Shown: piece after piece, positions 9,174 through 20,518 of the stretch | Position numbering within the stretch: the first letter of the stretch is position 1 | Layout: the number at the start of each line of letters is the position of its first letter | Origin: Candidatus Eutrophomonas brisbanensis | Lineage (GTDB): Bacteria > Pseudomonadota > Gammaproteobacteria > Burkholderiales > Eutrophovitaceae | Length of the DNA stretch: 64,000 bases | Assembly: GCA_038141705.1 (NCBI GenBank) | Contig: JAYQIQ010000001.1 | Coordinates: forward strand, 278,600-342,599 | Direction: 5' to 3' | Notes under the pieces: generated by a model | What the model saw: only the letters and a program-made list of their open reading frames with translations | What the model was told of the DNA's origin: nothing | Database searches by the model: none | Position numbers and translations under genes: made by a program

Positions 9174-10010
9174 TTATTCTTCTTCTAGATCATGATCTAA
9201 GAGATATTGTTCGTTGATATCCTCATGATGATGATTCTCTTCTTCTAATAGATCTTTCTTGTTGGCTCTTCTTAACTGATTACAAGCCTCTTCTGCTTGT
9301 AGCTGTTGTTGATAATCCTCTGTCTCTCAACGCTTCTAATTGTGGTTCTCTGAATGCTATTCCTTGTTTCTTGATCGTTGGCTTCTTTATAAGAGCCTCA
9401 AATATGTGCTTCAAGTCACTCTGCTTCACAAGGAATGAATCATGAATGGGAATCACCAAAGATTGTGCTTTAACCTGAAAGTAATCTATGACGTGAGATA
9501 CCAGCATACTGTCATAGTGTTGAAGCTGAAGTCCTACTCCCTGACAGTAGTAATGAGCTATCGGTTCTAGACGCTCTCTGAGGGTACTTTCTAGCCTCTC
9601 ACACCAGCTGTTTGTAACTCTGATGTTGTAACCCTTCCAGTCATCTGGATCTTTCCTCTTTTTTAGCTCTGTGTCTATTCAACCAATACCTGAGACTGTC
9701 TGTTGCTGGTCCGTCTTTTGTTCTGTTAATTAAGATCTGGAATGCTTTCTTAGCAACTGATCTTGGAAACTCTCCTTCCGTGTCATATGGATCTTCTGGT
9801 GGTGTAGAGAAGCTCTACCAACTGATAGAGAAGTAACGGGTGGAGAGACTTGTAGTCAACCTCTGCAACATAGTCGTTTGTCTCTCCGTCAGATCTGAAT
9901 GCTTAGCCTGTACTGTGAGGATTTACCTTGTGAAGTCAGTCTATAAGCAGAGGTAATGTCCTCCCTCCTGTCTCATAGTTATTCTTGTAGATCCTCGATT
10001 TAAAAGACAT
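9174..10010 (-). pseudogene. A-family DNA polymerase / T7-RNAP-related (TV-Pol-like) catalytic core, multiply frameshifted
   Basis: Joined frames: RIYKNNYETGGR; VAEVDYKSLHPLLLY (motif A); RSVAKKAFQILIN (motif B RxxxK); GVGLQLQHYDS; VIPIHDSFLV (motif C). Confidence 0.65.
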
Positions 10011-10032
10011 AGGGAGTTTTCTCCAATTTTGT

Positions 10033-10099
10033 AAATACTACAGTCAATTTCTTAAAAGATTGATTTTACTGGACTAGTTACTGCGCCCCGGTAGCTCAG
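10033..10099 (+). repeat. Direct repeat copy 2 (att-like), overlapping the 5' end of intact tRNA-Arg
   Basis: Matches 7047-7113. Confidence 0.93.
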
Positions 10100-10160
10100 G
10101 GGATAGAGCAACCCCCTCCTAAGGGGTAGGTCGTACGTTCGATTCGTATCCGGGGCGCCA
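10085..10160 (+). tRNA. tRNA-Arg(CCT)
   Basis: GCCCCGG/CCGGGGC acceptor stem; ACCCC-CTCCTAA-GGGGT anticodon arm; GTTCGATTC; encoded CCA. Confidence 0.96.
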
Positions 10161-10196
10161 CAATTACTACCTAAAGAAGCACCCCTGGAATATCCG

Positions 10197-10881
10197 TCAC
10201 AAGATTAGGTCTAAAGATAGAAACTCGGAGACTCTAGCTGGAGATGGCTTCGCCAAGAACGTAACAATACCGATACAAGGAGACGATATAGCGCTCCCAA
10301 TAGCATCTACATTCTCCTCGATATTTTCGAATTCAGAATCAACGACATTCCCAAGACATCCACACAATTCAACACCCATCTATTTGACCGAATCACTCGT
10401 AAGTATCGCGTGATTGATGACAGCCAAGTCTAAATCCTACAACTAATATGACGGGCAAATTAAGATCTCGAGCAAGGTCCGAACTCCACCAGTTTTCCTT
10501 GAGGGGGATTTTGAACCCCCACACCCTCAACAAAACTAATATCGGCATGCTTTTGACCTGCTCGCACATGATTAATAATCACATCTGAGCTCAAAAAAAT
10601 CCCCCCTCTTTCCGAGCAGCGATATGGGGTGCACACGCTTCAGATAGCTCGACAGCACAAATATCTGCAGCGCTGATAGAAGGCACACTTACAGACCGAA
10701 GAACGTGCACGTCCTCATTAATAGACTCACCGTCTATCAAGATTTTTCCAGCGGCTACAGGTTTGAGGCCAACTGCGGTATATCCCATGCTTATCGCTTT
10801 AGTAATAAGCCCCGCTGTAATGGTTGTCTTACCGATCTCTGTGTCCGTGCCGGTAATAAAAAAACTTCTTTCCGCACCCAT
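10197..10881 (-). CDS. bioD: Dethiobiotin synthase (frameshifted)
   Basis: FITGTDTEIGKT, LKPVAAG; downstream VEGVGGF-like and LGLAVINHA segments in shifted frames; overlaps bioF stop. Confidence 0.88.
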
Positions 10882-12086
10882 CAGGTAAGTTGCCTCATTG
10901 CATCCAAAAGTTTATCTACGTCAGAATCTTCGTGCGCAGCCGATAAGGTAATTCGTAGCCGCGAAGCTCCTTGGGGAACAGTGGGAGGTCTAATTCCTGG
11001 AACTCTAAAGCCTAGATTTTCTAATCCAATTGATAAACGCATTGTTGATGCCGCGTCACCAAGAACGACTGGTTGAATGGGAGTCATTGTTTTGGGGACC
11101 CGCCAATGCAAATTAGATTGATTACTTTTTATCGAGACTAAACCTTCAAAAAGTTTTTCTCCAATTTTGTGTAATTTTTTTCTTAAGAGAACACCTTCAT
11201 CACCGCAGATAATATCGATACTGGCGAGTAACGCATAAGAAAGAGCAGGCACACTGGCAGTAGTGTAAATATACGACCTAGCCACCTGCTCTAGATAATC
11301 TATGACCAATCGAGGTGCGATAACAAAAGCACCCGATAAGCCCGCGGCCTTACTGAGAGTCCCAATCAAGATAACCCGATTACTCTGAATATTTTGATAC
11401 TCGATCGTCCCGAGACCCGTGTCACCTATCGTTCCAAAACCATGAGCATCATCAATAATCACGAAGGCATCATATTTCTCAGTCAATCTAAGAAGCTGCG
11501 AACCATCACAAAGATCACCGTCCATACTAAAAACCCCGTCTGACACAATGATTTTCTTCTTAGCAGTTGAGCGCGAAAGAGCATTCTCTAATGACACGTA
11601 GTCTTTGTGCTTAAAACGACTCACATTTCCTTTTGCTAGCCTCATTCCATCAATGAGTGACGCATGATTAAGTTGATCCGAGAATAGTTCTGCGTCCTCG
11701 CCTCCTAGGGCAGTCATTACCGCGAGGTTCGCCATGAAACCGGTCGAAAAGGTTAAGCACCGATTCATACCAATGAAAGGCTCATACAAAGCGGATAACT
11801 TCTCCTCGAGGTCGACATGCGCCCTCGTGTGTCCGCTGATCAAATGCGATGCGCCAGAACCACCTCCCCAACGATCGACTCCTTCTTTAAGCGCCTCTTT
11901 AATCTTTAAATGATTAGCTAGCCCCAAATAATCATTAGAGCAAAACAACAGGTGCTCTTTTGTTACGCCTGCCCGATCGGTAATACGCTGCCGTATGTTA
12001 GTTGGACCTTCGGCTACTCGAAGTATCCTGCGCAAACCTGACTCATCGAGGTGCGATAACTCTTTCTCTAATGCATCAGCGAGCAT
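10881..12086 (-). CDS. bioF: 8-amino-7-oxononanoate synthase
   Basis: FCSNDYLGLA, DGVFSMDGD, DDAHG, GTLSKA, IRPPTVP. Confidence 0.95.
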   Translation of the reverse strand: MLADALEKELSHLDESGLRRILRVAEGPTNIRQRITDRAGVTKEHLLFCSNDYLGLANHLKIKEALKEGVDRWGGGSGASHLISGHTRAHVDLEEKLSALYEPFIGMNRCLTFSTGFMANLAVMTALGGEDAELFSDQLNHASLIDGMRLAKGNVSRFKHKDYVSLENALSRSTAKKKIIVSDGVFSMDGDLCDGSQLLRLTEKYDAFVIIDDAHGFGTIGDTGLGTIEYQNIQSNRVILIGTLSKAAGLSGAFVIAPRLVIDYLEQVARSYIYTTASVPALSYALLASIDIICGDEGVLLRKKLHKIGEKLFEGLVSIKSNQSNLHWRVPKTMTPIQPVVLGDAASTMRLSIGLENLGFRVPGIRPPTVPQGASRLRITLSAAHEDSDVDKLLDAMRQLT

Positions 12087-13372
12087 TCGATAATACCTCC
12101 TGGAGAGAATTCGCCACTGCGCGCCCGATGTGCTGCGATAAATCTTTATCGATTACAAACGGCGGCATCACATAGACCGTCTGACCAATGGGACGAATAA
12201 GCAATTCATGCTTACGCGCCTCGAGATGAAACTTCTCTGCAAAATTTTCAATAACTCCCTCGACGTCAAATGCTAGAACCATTCCACACTGCCGAAGATT
12301 GCTGATTCTTGGTTCACTATCGAAGTGCGCAAATGATTGCCTTATATAGTCAGCTTGGATGCGGATTTGCTTCTCTGGTCCTTCATCGAAATGATCAAGA
12401 ACTGCATTAGCCGCGGCACACGCAAGCGGGTTTCCAGTGTACGAATGAGAATGAAGAAACCCCTTCTTAAAATCATTATCTAAAAAAGCCTCAAAAATTT
12501 CATCGGTGGTCATAACCAAAGATAGCGGCAAGTTTCCGCCTGTGATCCCCTTCGACAAAAGGACCATATCGGGCCAATTTTCTCGATCGACCTGATCCCA
12601 CGCAAAAAAACTACCCGTGCGTCCACAACCCACTGCTATCTCATCGGCAATCAGGTGCACATTATGCTGTCGCGTTAACGCACGAACTTTTTGAAGATAT
12701 TGAACAGAATGCATAACCATACCGGCTCCGCCTTGTATACGTGGCTCGACGATCACTGCAGAAATTTTTCCGGACCTGCTCGATAACAACTCACTCAACT
12801 CGGCGAGAGCCTGCTCTTCGTTCCCTAATCGCGAGTCTGGCGCCTGGACAGTCAAACCCGCTAAAAGCAATGGCCCATATGCGTCCCGAAATAATGGCAC
12901 ATCAGTAACTGACAACGCACCAAGCGTTTCTCCGTGGTAACTTCCACTAAGGCAGACGAACTCTTTACGGTCCACCTCACCGCACTGTCTCCAATAATGG
13001 AAGCTTTGCTTCAACGCGATCTCTACGGCACTTGACCCATCAGACGCAAAAAAAACATGACCCAGATTTCGTGCTGTTCGCTCAGAAAGACGGGCCGCAA
13101 GCTTTACTACAGGCTCATGCGTACAACCCGCCAACATGACATGAGGTAGGTTATCTAACTGATGCTTTATAGCCGCGTTTATGCGTTCATTCGAGTGGCC
13201 AAGCAAGTTAACCCACCACGAGCTAATCGCATCAAAATACCGATTACCGTACTCATCAAAAATCCAACCACCTTTTCCACTTTTGATAGCGAGTGGGGGG
13301 TACAGACGACAAACGGGCCATTTGGCTGCAAGGATGCCAAACGTATTGGAGACTCTGCTCAGATAAATTCAC
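12076..13372 (-). CDS. bioA: Adenosylmethionine-8-amino-7-oxononanoate aminotransferase (frameshift at G6 run 13295-13300)
   Basis: VWHPCSQM; DAISSWWVNLLGH; DEIAVGCGRTG; LSKGITGG; GTG start at 13372. Confidence 0.93.
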
Positions 13373-13421
13373 ACTGTGTCTTTAATTGAAAACTGAAAAT
13401 GAAATGCGCCCTCCCATTTTA

Positions 13422-14658
13422 CTAGTTTACGTCGTACGACCAATTCAACCCTAAATCTTCGATGATCGAACCGTTACATCTCCTCTAGAAAAAACTGTGG
13501 GGTGAAGCTCGGTACCCAGACCTGGAGCCGTCAGGCGCCCTGATAAACCCGTCCCGCAAGGCCGGGAGCTCGGTTACCAACTCTCCATACCACCCATGGT
13601 AAAACGCCCTTACCACCTCCTGAACCAAAGTATTTGTGCAATGTTGTGAAAGGTGGACAGCGGCGGTCAACAACACAGGACCAGTACAATCGTGTGGCGC
13701 AATGGGGATGTGGTAAGCCTCAGCCATCGATGCGATTTTTTTAGCTTCTGTTATCCCCCGGTCCATCCAATGTCAAACATACAAACAGAGGCAGCTTGAC
13801 GGTCAAATAATTCCCGAAAAGCCCACCGCGTTGCAAGCGTCTCACTCGCGGTGACCCAGACTGGAGTCGAGTGGGCATATTCGGATAATGCATCCAAGTT
13901 ATCCATCTTGATCGGATCCTCGTACCAGTAGGGATTAAATGGTTCAATGGCCTTCGCAAGCTTTTTCGCCATTGGAAGATTCCATAAAGAATGAAACTCA
14001 ACATGAATATCAATCTTGTCTCCCACTGCCTTTCGAATCTTTTCAAATGGCTCGAGCGCTTTTTCAGATCTTGATTCGAAATATGCGTTCCTCCGGAATC
14101 TTCAGCATACGCATCGAATGGCCAAATCTTCATTCCCGTATACCCCTCCTCGACTAGCGAAATAGCTAACTCGTCAGCATGATTCATAAAACCACTCAAA
14201 TCCTCGTAAGGACGATAGCCGCCCCCGTCGACTTTTAAGCCAAAATTACTCGTCCCTTGTTCAGGCTTTTTACGAACGTACTCAGACCCAGCACAGGTGT
14301 TGTAGACACGGACGCGCTCGCGACTTGCCCCGCCAAGGAGTTGATAGATCGGTTGAGCTGTCACCTTCCCAAAAATATCCCATAGAGCGATATCTATCGC
14401 GGATGCCGCCCTCATTTCAGCACCAACTGACTTAAAGCCAAGATAGTTGTAGAGCATATGACGGTTATGTTGATCAATACTCAGAGGGCTCTGACCCAGC
14501 AAATAAGGAGCAATTACTTCATGGATATGCGCCTCGACCGATTCCACTGCATAGAAGGTTTCACCCAAACCAACCAACCCACTGTCGGTACCAACTTGGA
14601 CCCAAATAATGTTAGGAAACTCGGCAACTCTTATGGTCTCGATCCTGTTAACTTTCAT
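13422..14658 (-). CDS. Mandelate racemase/muconate lactonizing enzyme family protein (frameshifted)
   Basis: GLGET, SAIDIALWDIFGK, MKIWPFD, WYEDP, PHDCTGP across three ORFs; 3' end approximate. Confidence 0.85.
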
Positions 14659-14889
14659 AAAGCGGCCTCACAAAACGTTTTCCTAAACCCTACCCAAAAA
14701 TTGATCCTCTAAGCAAGGACATGACCTCTAGCGTAACGAGACTTTTCGTAATCATCAATTAAATCCAAGCAAAACAATACGATGACGTTTGGCCTCGGGA
14801 CCTGGCGGGAAAGGTTGTAAATATTTTTTAAGACCCCCTTGTTTTTTACTTAAAAAAGAGTAAAAAGGCGGTTTTTAAAAGGGGAAAAA

Positions 14890-15528
14890 ATGATCCATCC
14901 TTCTACGGAACTTCGGTATATTGATGCTGAAATCGGATCCGGCGTCTTTGCCACCAGCCTTATCCCCAAAGGCACCGTCACCTTCGTCAAGGATCACCTT
15001 GACGTAAACGTCAGCCCCCTCAAGTACAGCCACCTAAACCAACAAGAAAAAGATATTGTAGACAAGTACTCCTACATTGAGAGCAATGGGAATCGGGTTG
15101 TCAGTTGGGATCACGGAAAATTCGTAAACCATTGCTGCAATCCGAACTCTATGAGTACTGGATATGGTTTTGAGATTGCGATAAAGGACATCCAAATCGG
15201 TGAACAAATTACCGATGAATATGGTTTATTTAATGTCGACTATCCGATGACCGTTAATTGCGGGCAGATCGGTTGTCGTGGGGTTATCACATCGGGTGAT
15301 ATAGACCTCAATGCAGAACGCTGGGACAACATACTCAAAGATGCATTACTGAATTTTAAAGCTGTTGACCAACCGTTGGGGTTTCTGCTTAGTAAGAAAA
15401 CCAACCGTGAATTGGATCAGTTTGTAATCTTTGGTCGTTATAAATCCGTAACCGCCCTCAAATTAAAGGAAACCTTTCAAGTTCCTGACATGCCGTTAGC
15501 AAAAGCAGCGGCCAGCGTCGAGTTCTGA
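14890..15528 (+). CDS. SET-domain protein (putative lysine methyltransferase)
   Basis: GxGVFA, FVNHCCNPN, GEQITDEY, post-SET-like CGQIGCRG. Confidence 0.88.
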   Translation: MIHPSTELRYIDAEIGSGVFATSLIPKGTVTFVKDHLDVNVSPLKYSHLNQQEKDIVDKYSYIESNGNRVVSWDHGKFVNHCCNPNSMSTGYGFEIAIKDIQIGEQITDEYGLFNVDYPMTVNCGQIGCRGVITSGDIDLNAERWDNILKDALLNFKAVDQPLGFLLSKKTNRELDQFVIFGRYKSVTALKLKETFQVPDMPLAKAAASVEF

Positions 15529-15681
15529 GAAACTTTAGGAGCTAACATAGCTCATCGCCCCTTCACCAACCAGTACGTACCCTTGGCTAAACCCTATAAG
15601 CCGCCAGCCTAAATTCCAACGAGTATATTCGCCGGAGTTAGAATAAGACATAATCTAACGCGTATTTGACCCAAAGTACCG

Positions 15682-16599
15682 GTGCTCCTAAAAATTTTTA
15701 TCAATTGTTCGTTAGCAGTTTTGCTAATCATTGCTCTACTGACGGAGCACAAAGCCCATTCGAATCCTCCTGAACCAGAAGATCCGTATGCGAATGGTTT
15801 GATGGAATCAAGCAATAAAATCAAAAATGGAAAAGACCTCATGCTTGAGGCTATCAAGTACCGCGATGGATTGGGGAGAGAGAAAAATTTCCAGACGTAT
15901 CTTAATCTTCTAACACAGTCGGCAGAGTCCGGATACGCCCCCGCCCAACTTCGCTTAGGAAAAAATTATCAACTGGGAACTGAAGTCTCGAGAAATATCC
16001 AACTAGCGATCGAATGGTTCGAAAGAGCAGCAAAGAAAGGCTCTGATCGCGCTCACATCGAGCTTGGCGAGATTTATGAAACCGGAGATGGAGTTGATTT
16101 CAATTTTTCTATAGCGTTCTACCATTATGAGTTGGCCGCTCGAAACAACTATCCGGAGGCCCAAAAAAAACTTGGAGACCTGTACTGGGATGGGCGCGGA
16201 GTCCAACGTGACTACACACTTGCTACGCGCTGGTATCAGAAATCGGCTGATCAAAATGACGCAGACGCGGAGAACCAATTAGGGATTGCTTACTTGGAGG
16301 GGCGAGGGGTTGCGAAAGATATCCTTAAAGCAGCTATCCTCATCACCAAGGCTGCTTCTCGCGGGCATCCAGCTGCTTTTCAAAACCTCGGTATCATGTA
16401 TCAACTGGGATTGGGATTTGAGCAAAACAACGTGCTTGCCTACACATGGTTTGAAGTAGCAAGACAACTGGGGCATCCACGATCAGAAAGTTTTAGGGAT
16501 GGATTAGGCTTTATCTTAAAACCATCCGAAATAGAAAACGCTCAGCAGTTGGCCAAGCGCTGCCAAGCTAAACAGTACCTTGGATGTATTTCAATCTAA
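15682..16599 (+). CDS. Sel1-like repeat protein, probably exported
   Basis: N-terminal hydrophobic segment; about six Sel1 repeats (AQxxLGxxYxxGxGV...WYxKSA). Confidence 0.9.
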   Translation: MLLKIFINCSLAVLLIIALLTEHKAHSNPPEPEDPYANGLMESSNKIKNGKDLMLEAIKYRDGLGREKNFQTYLNLLTQSAESGYAPAQLRLGKNYQLGTEVSRNIQLAIEWFERAAKKGSDRAHIELGEIYETGDGVDFNFSIAFYHYELAARNNYPEAQKKLGDLYWDGRGVQRDYTLATRWYQKSADQNDADAENQLGIAYLEGRGVAKDILKAAILITKAASRGHPAAFQNLGIMYQLGLGFEQNNVLAYTWFEVARQLGHPRSESFRDGLGFILKPSEIENAQQLAKRCQAKQYLGCISI

Positions 16600-16600
16600 A

Positions 16601-17215
16601 CTAGATCTGATCAAAGAATTCAACAATACCAGTTTCAAGGGAGTACTCAGCCCCAACCACTAGAAGCTTTTCCTGTGAGATGAGTCTCTCCAACATTTGA
16701 GACCCATGCCTTAAATGATCGGCTGATGCACGGATATTTGCCCGCACTGCCTGATGCAACAATTCCTCGTGTGATAGCTCCACGTGCAGCTCTAAAAGAT
16801 TTTCTACGCAGGGTCGTATCCTGCTAACTATCGAGTTTACATTTGGAGAGGCCCGTTCTTTCGGGTTTTCCAGTCCCTCTACCGCCGCCTCAATGGCACC
16901 ACAAAATGAGTGCCCCAACACCACCACCAGAGGCGTTCCAAACCGTTCGGCCGCAAATTCAACGCTCCCGACCTGAGACGGAGAGACGATGTTACCGGCG
17001 ACCCTGATCACAAATAAATCACCAAGGCCTTGATCGAAAACAATTTCCGCAGGAACGCGAGAATCAGAGCACCCTAAGATAATCGCAAATGGATTTTGCT
17101 CTTTAATCAATGCATCGCGATGCATCTGAGACGCCTGCTTAATGCCAGTCTGCGCGCCATCCACGAACCGCTTGTTGCCCTCTACCAAACGCCTAAGCGC
17201 CTCTTTGCTATCCAT
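16601..17215 (-). CDS. Beta-class carbonic anhydrase
   Basis: CSDSRVP and GHSFCGA zinc-ligand motifs. Confidence 0.93.
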   Translation of the reverse strand: MDSKEALRRLVEGNKRFVDGAQTGIKQASQMHRDALIKEQNPFAIILGCSDSRVPAEIVFDQGLGDLFVIRVAGNIVSPSQVGSVEFAAERFGTPLVVVLGHSFCGAIEAAVEGLENPKERASPNVNSIVSRIRPCVENLLELHVELSHEELLHQAVRANIRASADHLRHGSQMLERLISQEKLLVVGAEYSLETGIVEFFDQI

Positions 17216-17273
17216 AGTCGTTGTTTTTATTTGGATCTATTAGTCGGCACGAATCTTAACACGCGATGATCGC

Positions 17274-17651
17274 TCACTCGATTTCACTTCTATCAAGCTT
17301 GCGACAAATTCGCCGAAAATAATCTTTTCTATTCTCAAGCACCCGACTAAAACAACCCGAATTCCCGAGTTTCAGCTTGAGCGCCTCCAACCGCTTAATC
17401 GCCAGGCTCTTCTCCGAGCTTGCAGCTTCGAGATCCCTGATAAAGCACTCTAATGCGAACACGTCGTTGAGCGCCTTTACCTCCGCAGGAACGTATCCCG
17501 AATTCTTAAGTATCCTAAACGTCATCCTGAGCTCAGGAGCGATGAGCGAATCATCCCCTAATTCCAGCGGTTTTCCACTCCCCGGTAAATCATCAAAGTC
17601 TCCACAACGGATCGAAGATTGGATTCTTTGTTCGACTAAGTCATCTAGCAT
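17274..17651 (-). CDS. DUF1992 (YhdN-like) protein
   Basis: [13 protein letters not shown]...[13 protein letters not shown]. Confidence 0.85.
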   Translation of the reverse strand: MLDDLVEQRIQSSIRCGDFDDLPGSGKPLELGDDSLIAPELRMTFRILKNSGYVPAEVKALNDVFALECFIRDLEAASSEKSLAIKRLEALKLKLGNSGCFSRVLENRKDYFRRICRKLDRSEIE

Positions 17652-18561
17652 GCATCATGAATACGAATTGTTGAATTATTGTTTCTTCCAGCGCTTTTAT
17701 TCTTTCAGAAAGTGGCGGATGCGACATGAATAATCCGGTGATTCCTTGCGCCTTACCAGATATCCCAAACGCTTTTATTTGATCTGGCAAGTTAGAGGGC
17801 TCGTGAGCTGACTGCAATTTTCGTAGGGCTGCGATCATTTTTTGTTTACCGGCAAGACTCGCCCCACCGAAGTCGGCGCGATACTCCCTGCGTCGGCTAA
17901 ACCACATGACGATAATACTCGCTAACACGCCGAGGATAATTTCAGAAACGATGGTCGTGATCCAGAAACCCAAACCATAACCTCGGCTCCTGCCACCGCT
18001 GAGAGCGCGATCAACGAGATGACCGATTATTCGAGAAAGAAAAATAACAAACGTGTTCACGACACCTTGAATCAAGGCCAGAGTCACCATGTCGCCATTC
18101 GCTATATGACTGACCTCATGCGCCAAGACCGCCTCGACTTCATCTTGTGACATCCGATTTAACAGCCCGGAGCTAACAGCTACCAGTGAATTATTTTTAC
18201 TCATACCGGTAGCAAACGCATTGATGTCACTGGATTCGTAAATCGCGACATCCGGCATTCCGACCCCAGCTTTATCAGCCTGAGCACTTACAACCGAAAG
18301 TAGCCAGCGTTCTGTGTCCCCTTGCGGGGTCGTTATCACTTTGGCCCCCGTCATCCACTTGGCTGACCATTTCGACATTGCTAGGGAGATGAACGAGCCC
18401 CCAAAGCCGATTACAGCAGCAAACACAAGAAGCCCTTGGAGGTTCACCCCAGCACCAGAGGTTGCCATAAACGAATCGACCCCCAAAAGCCGCATCGTGA
18501 TACTTAACAAAAAGATCACAGCCAGATTAGTAAGCAAAAACAGGATGACACGCTTTAACAT
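17641..18561 (-). CDS. htpX: Membrane zinc protease HtpX
   Basis: [35 protein letters not shown]. Confidence 0.95.
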   Translation of the reverse strand: MLKRVILFLLTNLAVIFLLSITMRLLGVDSFMATSGAGVNLQGLLVFAAVIGFGGSFISLAMSKWSAKWMTGAKVITTPQGDTERWLLSVVSAQADKAGVGMPDVAIYESSDINAFATGMSKNNSLVAVSSGLLNRMSQDEVEAVLAHEVSHIANGDMVTLALIQGVVNTFVIFLSRIIGHLVDRALSGGRSRGYGLGFWITTIVSEIILGVLASIIVMWFSRRREYRADFGGASLAGKQKMIAALRKLQSAHEPSNLPDQIKAFGISGKAQGITGLFMSHPPLSERIKALEETIIQQFVFMMHAR

Positions 18562-18592
18562 GTAGGACCTCTCCAAAAATTAATCATAAACC

Positions 18593-20480
18593 TCACTCCA
18601 TCAAATCCTGCAACTCACTCGACACCCGAATCCACTCTTCTTCGAGTTCGACTATTTCCTTATCGACAACCGCCTTCTCTTTCGAGTACTCAACCAATAC
18701 AAGCTTGTTTTTATCCTCATATATGTCGGGATCAGATAAGCGACTTTCAAGCTCAAGTTTTTTTGCTCCAAGAGTTTCCAGCCTTTTCTCTAAAGAGCTC
18801 AGCTTCTGTTTCAGGGGCCTCACCCTTGACGCTAACTCACTACGAGCCTCCGCCTCGATTCTGCGCTGATCTTTTTTAGATAACTTTGACGATTCTGCCT
18901 CACCCTTCTTTGATGAGGTCCTTAATAAAAAGTTTGCATAGGCGTCTAAATCTTCATCGAAAAGACTAACGGCCCCGCTATTAACCATCAGCAGTTGGTC
19001 ACACGTTTCCTTGAGTAAGGCGCGATCATGAGATACGAGTACCACGGCGCCTTCAAACTCCTGCAGAGCTCTAGAGAGCGCAAAACGCATTTGCATATCC
19101 AAGTGGTTCGTCGGCTCATCCAAGAGTAAGACGTTCGGTTTCTGCCAGACAATAAGTGCGAGGGCTAACCGGGAGCGCTCCCCCCAGAGAAGCTACCAAC
19201 CTCCTTGAAAACATCGTCACCTCTAAACCCAAATCCTCCAAGAAAATCTCTTAAATCTTGTTCACGCACTAGCGGGGCCAGTCTAACCAAATGCTGAAGC
19301 GGGCTGTCTCCATTCCTCAATTGATCCAAAGAGTTTTGCGCAAAATATCCAACCAAGATATCTCTGTTCTTTGTTACTTCGCCAGAGAGCTTCTCCAGCT
19401 CTCCCGCTAGAAATTTTACGAAAGTTGATTTACCCGCCCCATTTGGACCAACCAGCCCATAACGGTCTCCAGATCGAAGTTCAAAAGACACACCACGTAA
19501 AACGACTTTATCGGGATAACCCAGGTCAACCCCCTTCACCACCATCGCAGGATCTGGCCAAGACGAAGGCGTTTTAAATTTAAATTCGAAGGGTGAAACG
19601 ACCTGCGCGGGGACTACCAGCTGCATTTTAGCGAGCTGCTTCAGTCGGCTCTGCGCTTGCTTAGCCTTCGTCGCCTTCGCTCGAAAACGGTCCACGAAGA
19701 ATCTCAAGTGGGCTACCTCACGTTGCTGCTTTGCGTAAAGCGACTTTTCTTGCGCAAGAATGGATGCTCGCTGGATTTCGAAATTCGAATAGTTTCCAGT
19801 AAAAGTTTTCAAGCGTCCCGATTCAATGTGGCATATAAAACCAACAACATTGTCCAAGAACTCTCTATCGTGAGAGATCAAAAGTAGGGTTCCTTCATAT
19901 GTTTTGAGCCATGACTCCAGCCACACTACCGCGTCCAAGTCCAAGTGGTTAGTAGGCTCATCAAGCAAAAGCAGATCTGATCGACACATAAGCGCCTGCG
20001 CGAGATTTAAACGCATACGCCACCCACCAGAAAAATGGCTCACTGGGTGCAGAAATTCATCTTCGCTAAACCCTAAACCGCTCAAGAGCTTGGCAGCACG
20101 AGCCCGAGCAGAATATCCACCAACAAATCCCATTTGCTCGTGCAAACTTCCCAATAGCTGGGGGTCTCCCGACTCCTCAGCGTGAGCCAGACGTCTTTCC
20201 AAATCTCTAAACTCGATGTCACCGTCAATCACATACTCAATTGCATGGCCATTACCATCAGGCAATGCTTGCGCAACGTGAGCTACCGTCAAGTTTGGAT
20301 CTTTATTAAGCTCCCCACGATCCAGACTTAATTCATCTTGTAAAACCGCAAAAAGCGAACTCTTTCCAGAACCGTTCGCTCCGGTAACACCAATTTTTTG
20401 ATTACGGTAAAAATTAAAGTCGCCCCCTCGATTAGAACTTTAGTCCCTCTGCGAATTGTTATAGATGTTGCCGAGATCAA
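18593..20480 (-). CDS. ABC-F family ATPase (YheS-like), frameshifted
   Basis: Two ABC cassettes (GANGSGKS; FSGGWRMR; LDEPTNHLD twice; GPNGAGKS), C-terminal coiled coil; TTG start at 20480. Confidence 0.88.
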
Positions 20481-20518
20481 TACGTCTTACCTCTTCCGAG
20501 TTCTGGTACTCAAGTTCA

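Larger units (their letters stand above)
7047..10099. mobile_element. Decayed integrative element upstream of tRNA-Arg(CCT)
   Basis: Flanking direct repeats, tyrosine recombinase next to one repeat, polymerase-like gene next to the other, AT-rich interior. Confidence 0.8.

Noticed and set aside
9100-9300. CT-rich low-complexity tract resembling a microsatellite or array
   Set aside because: Explained by minus-strand Glu/Lys/Arg-rich codons; no regular period
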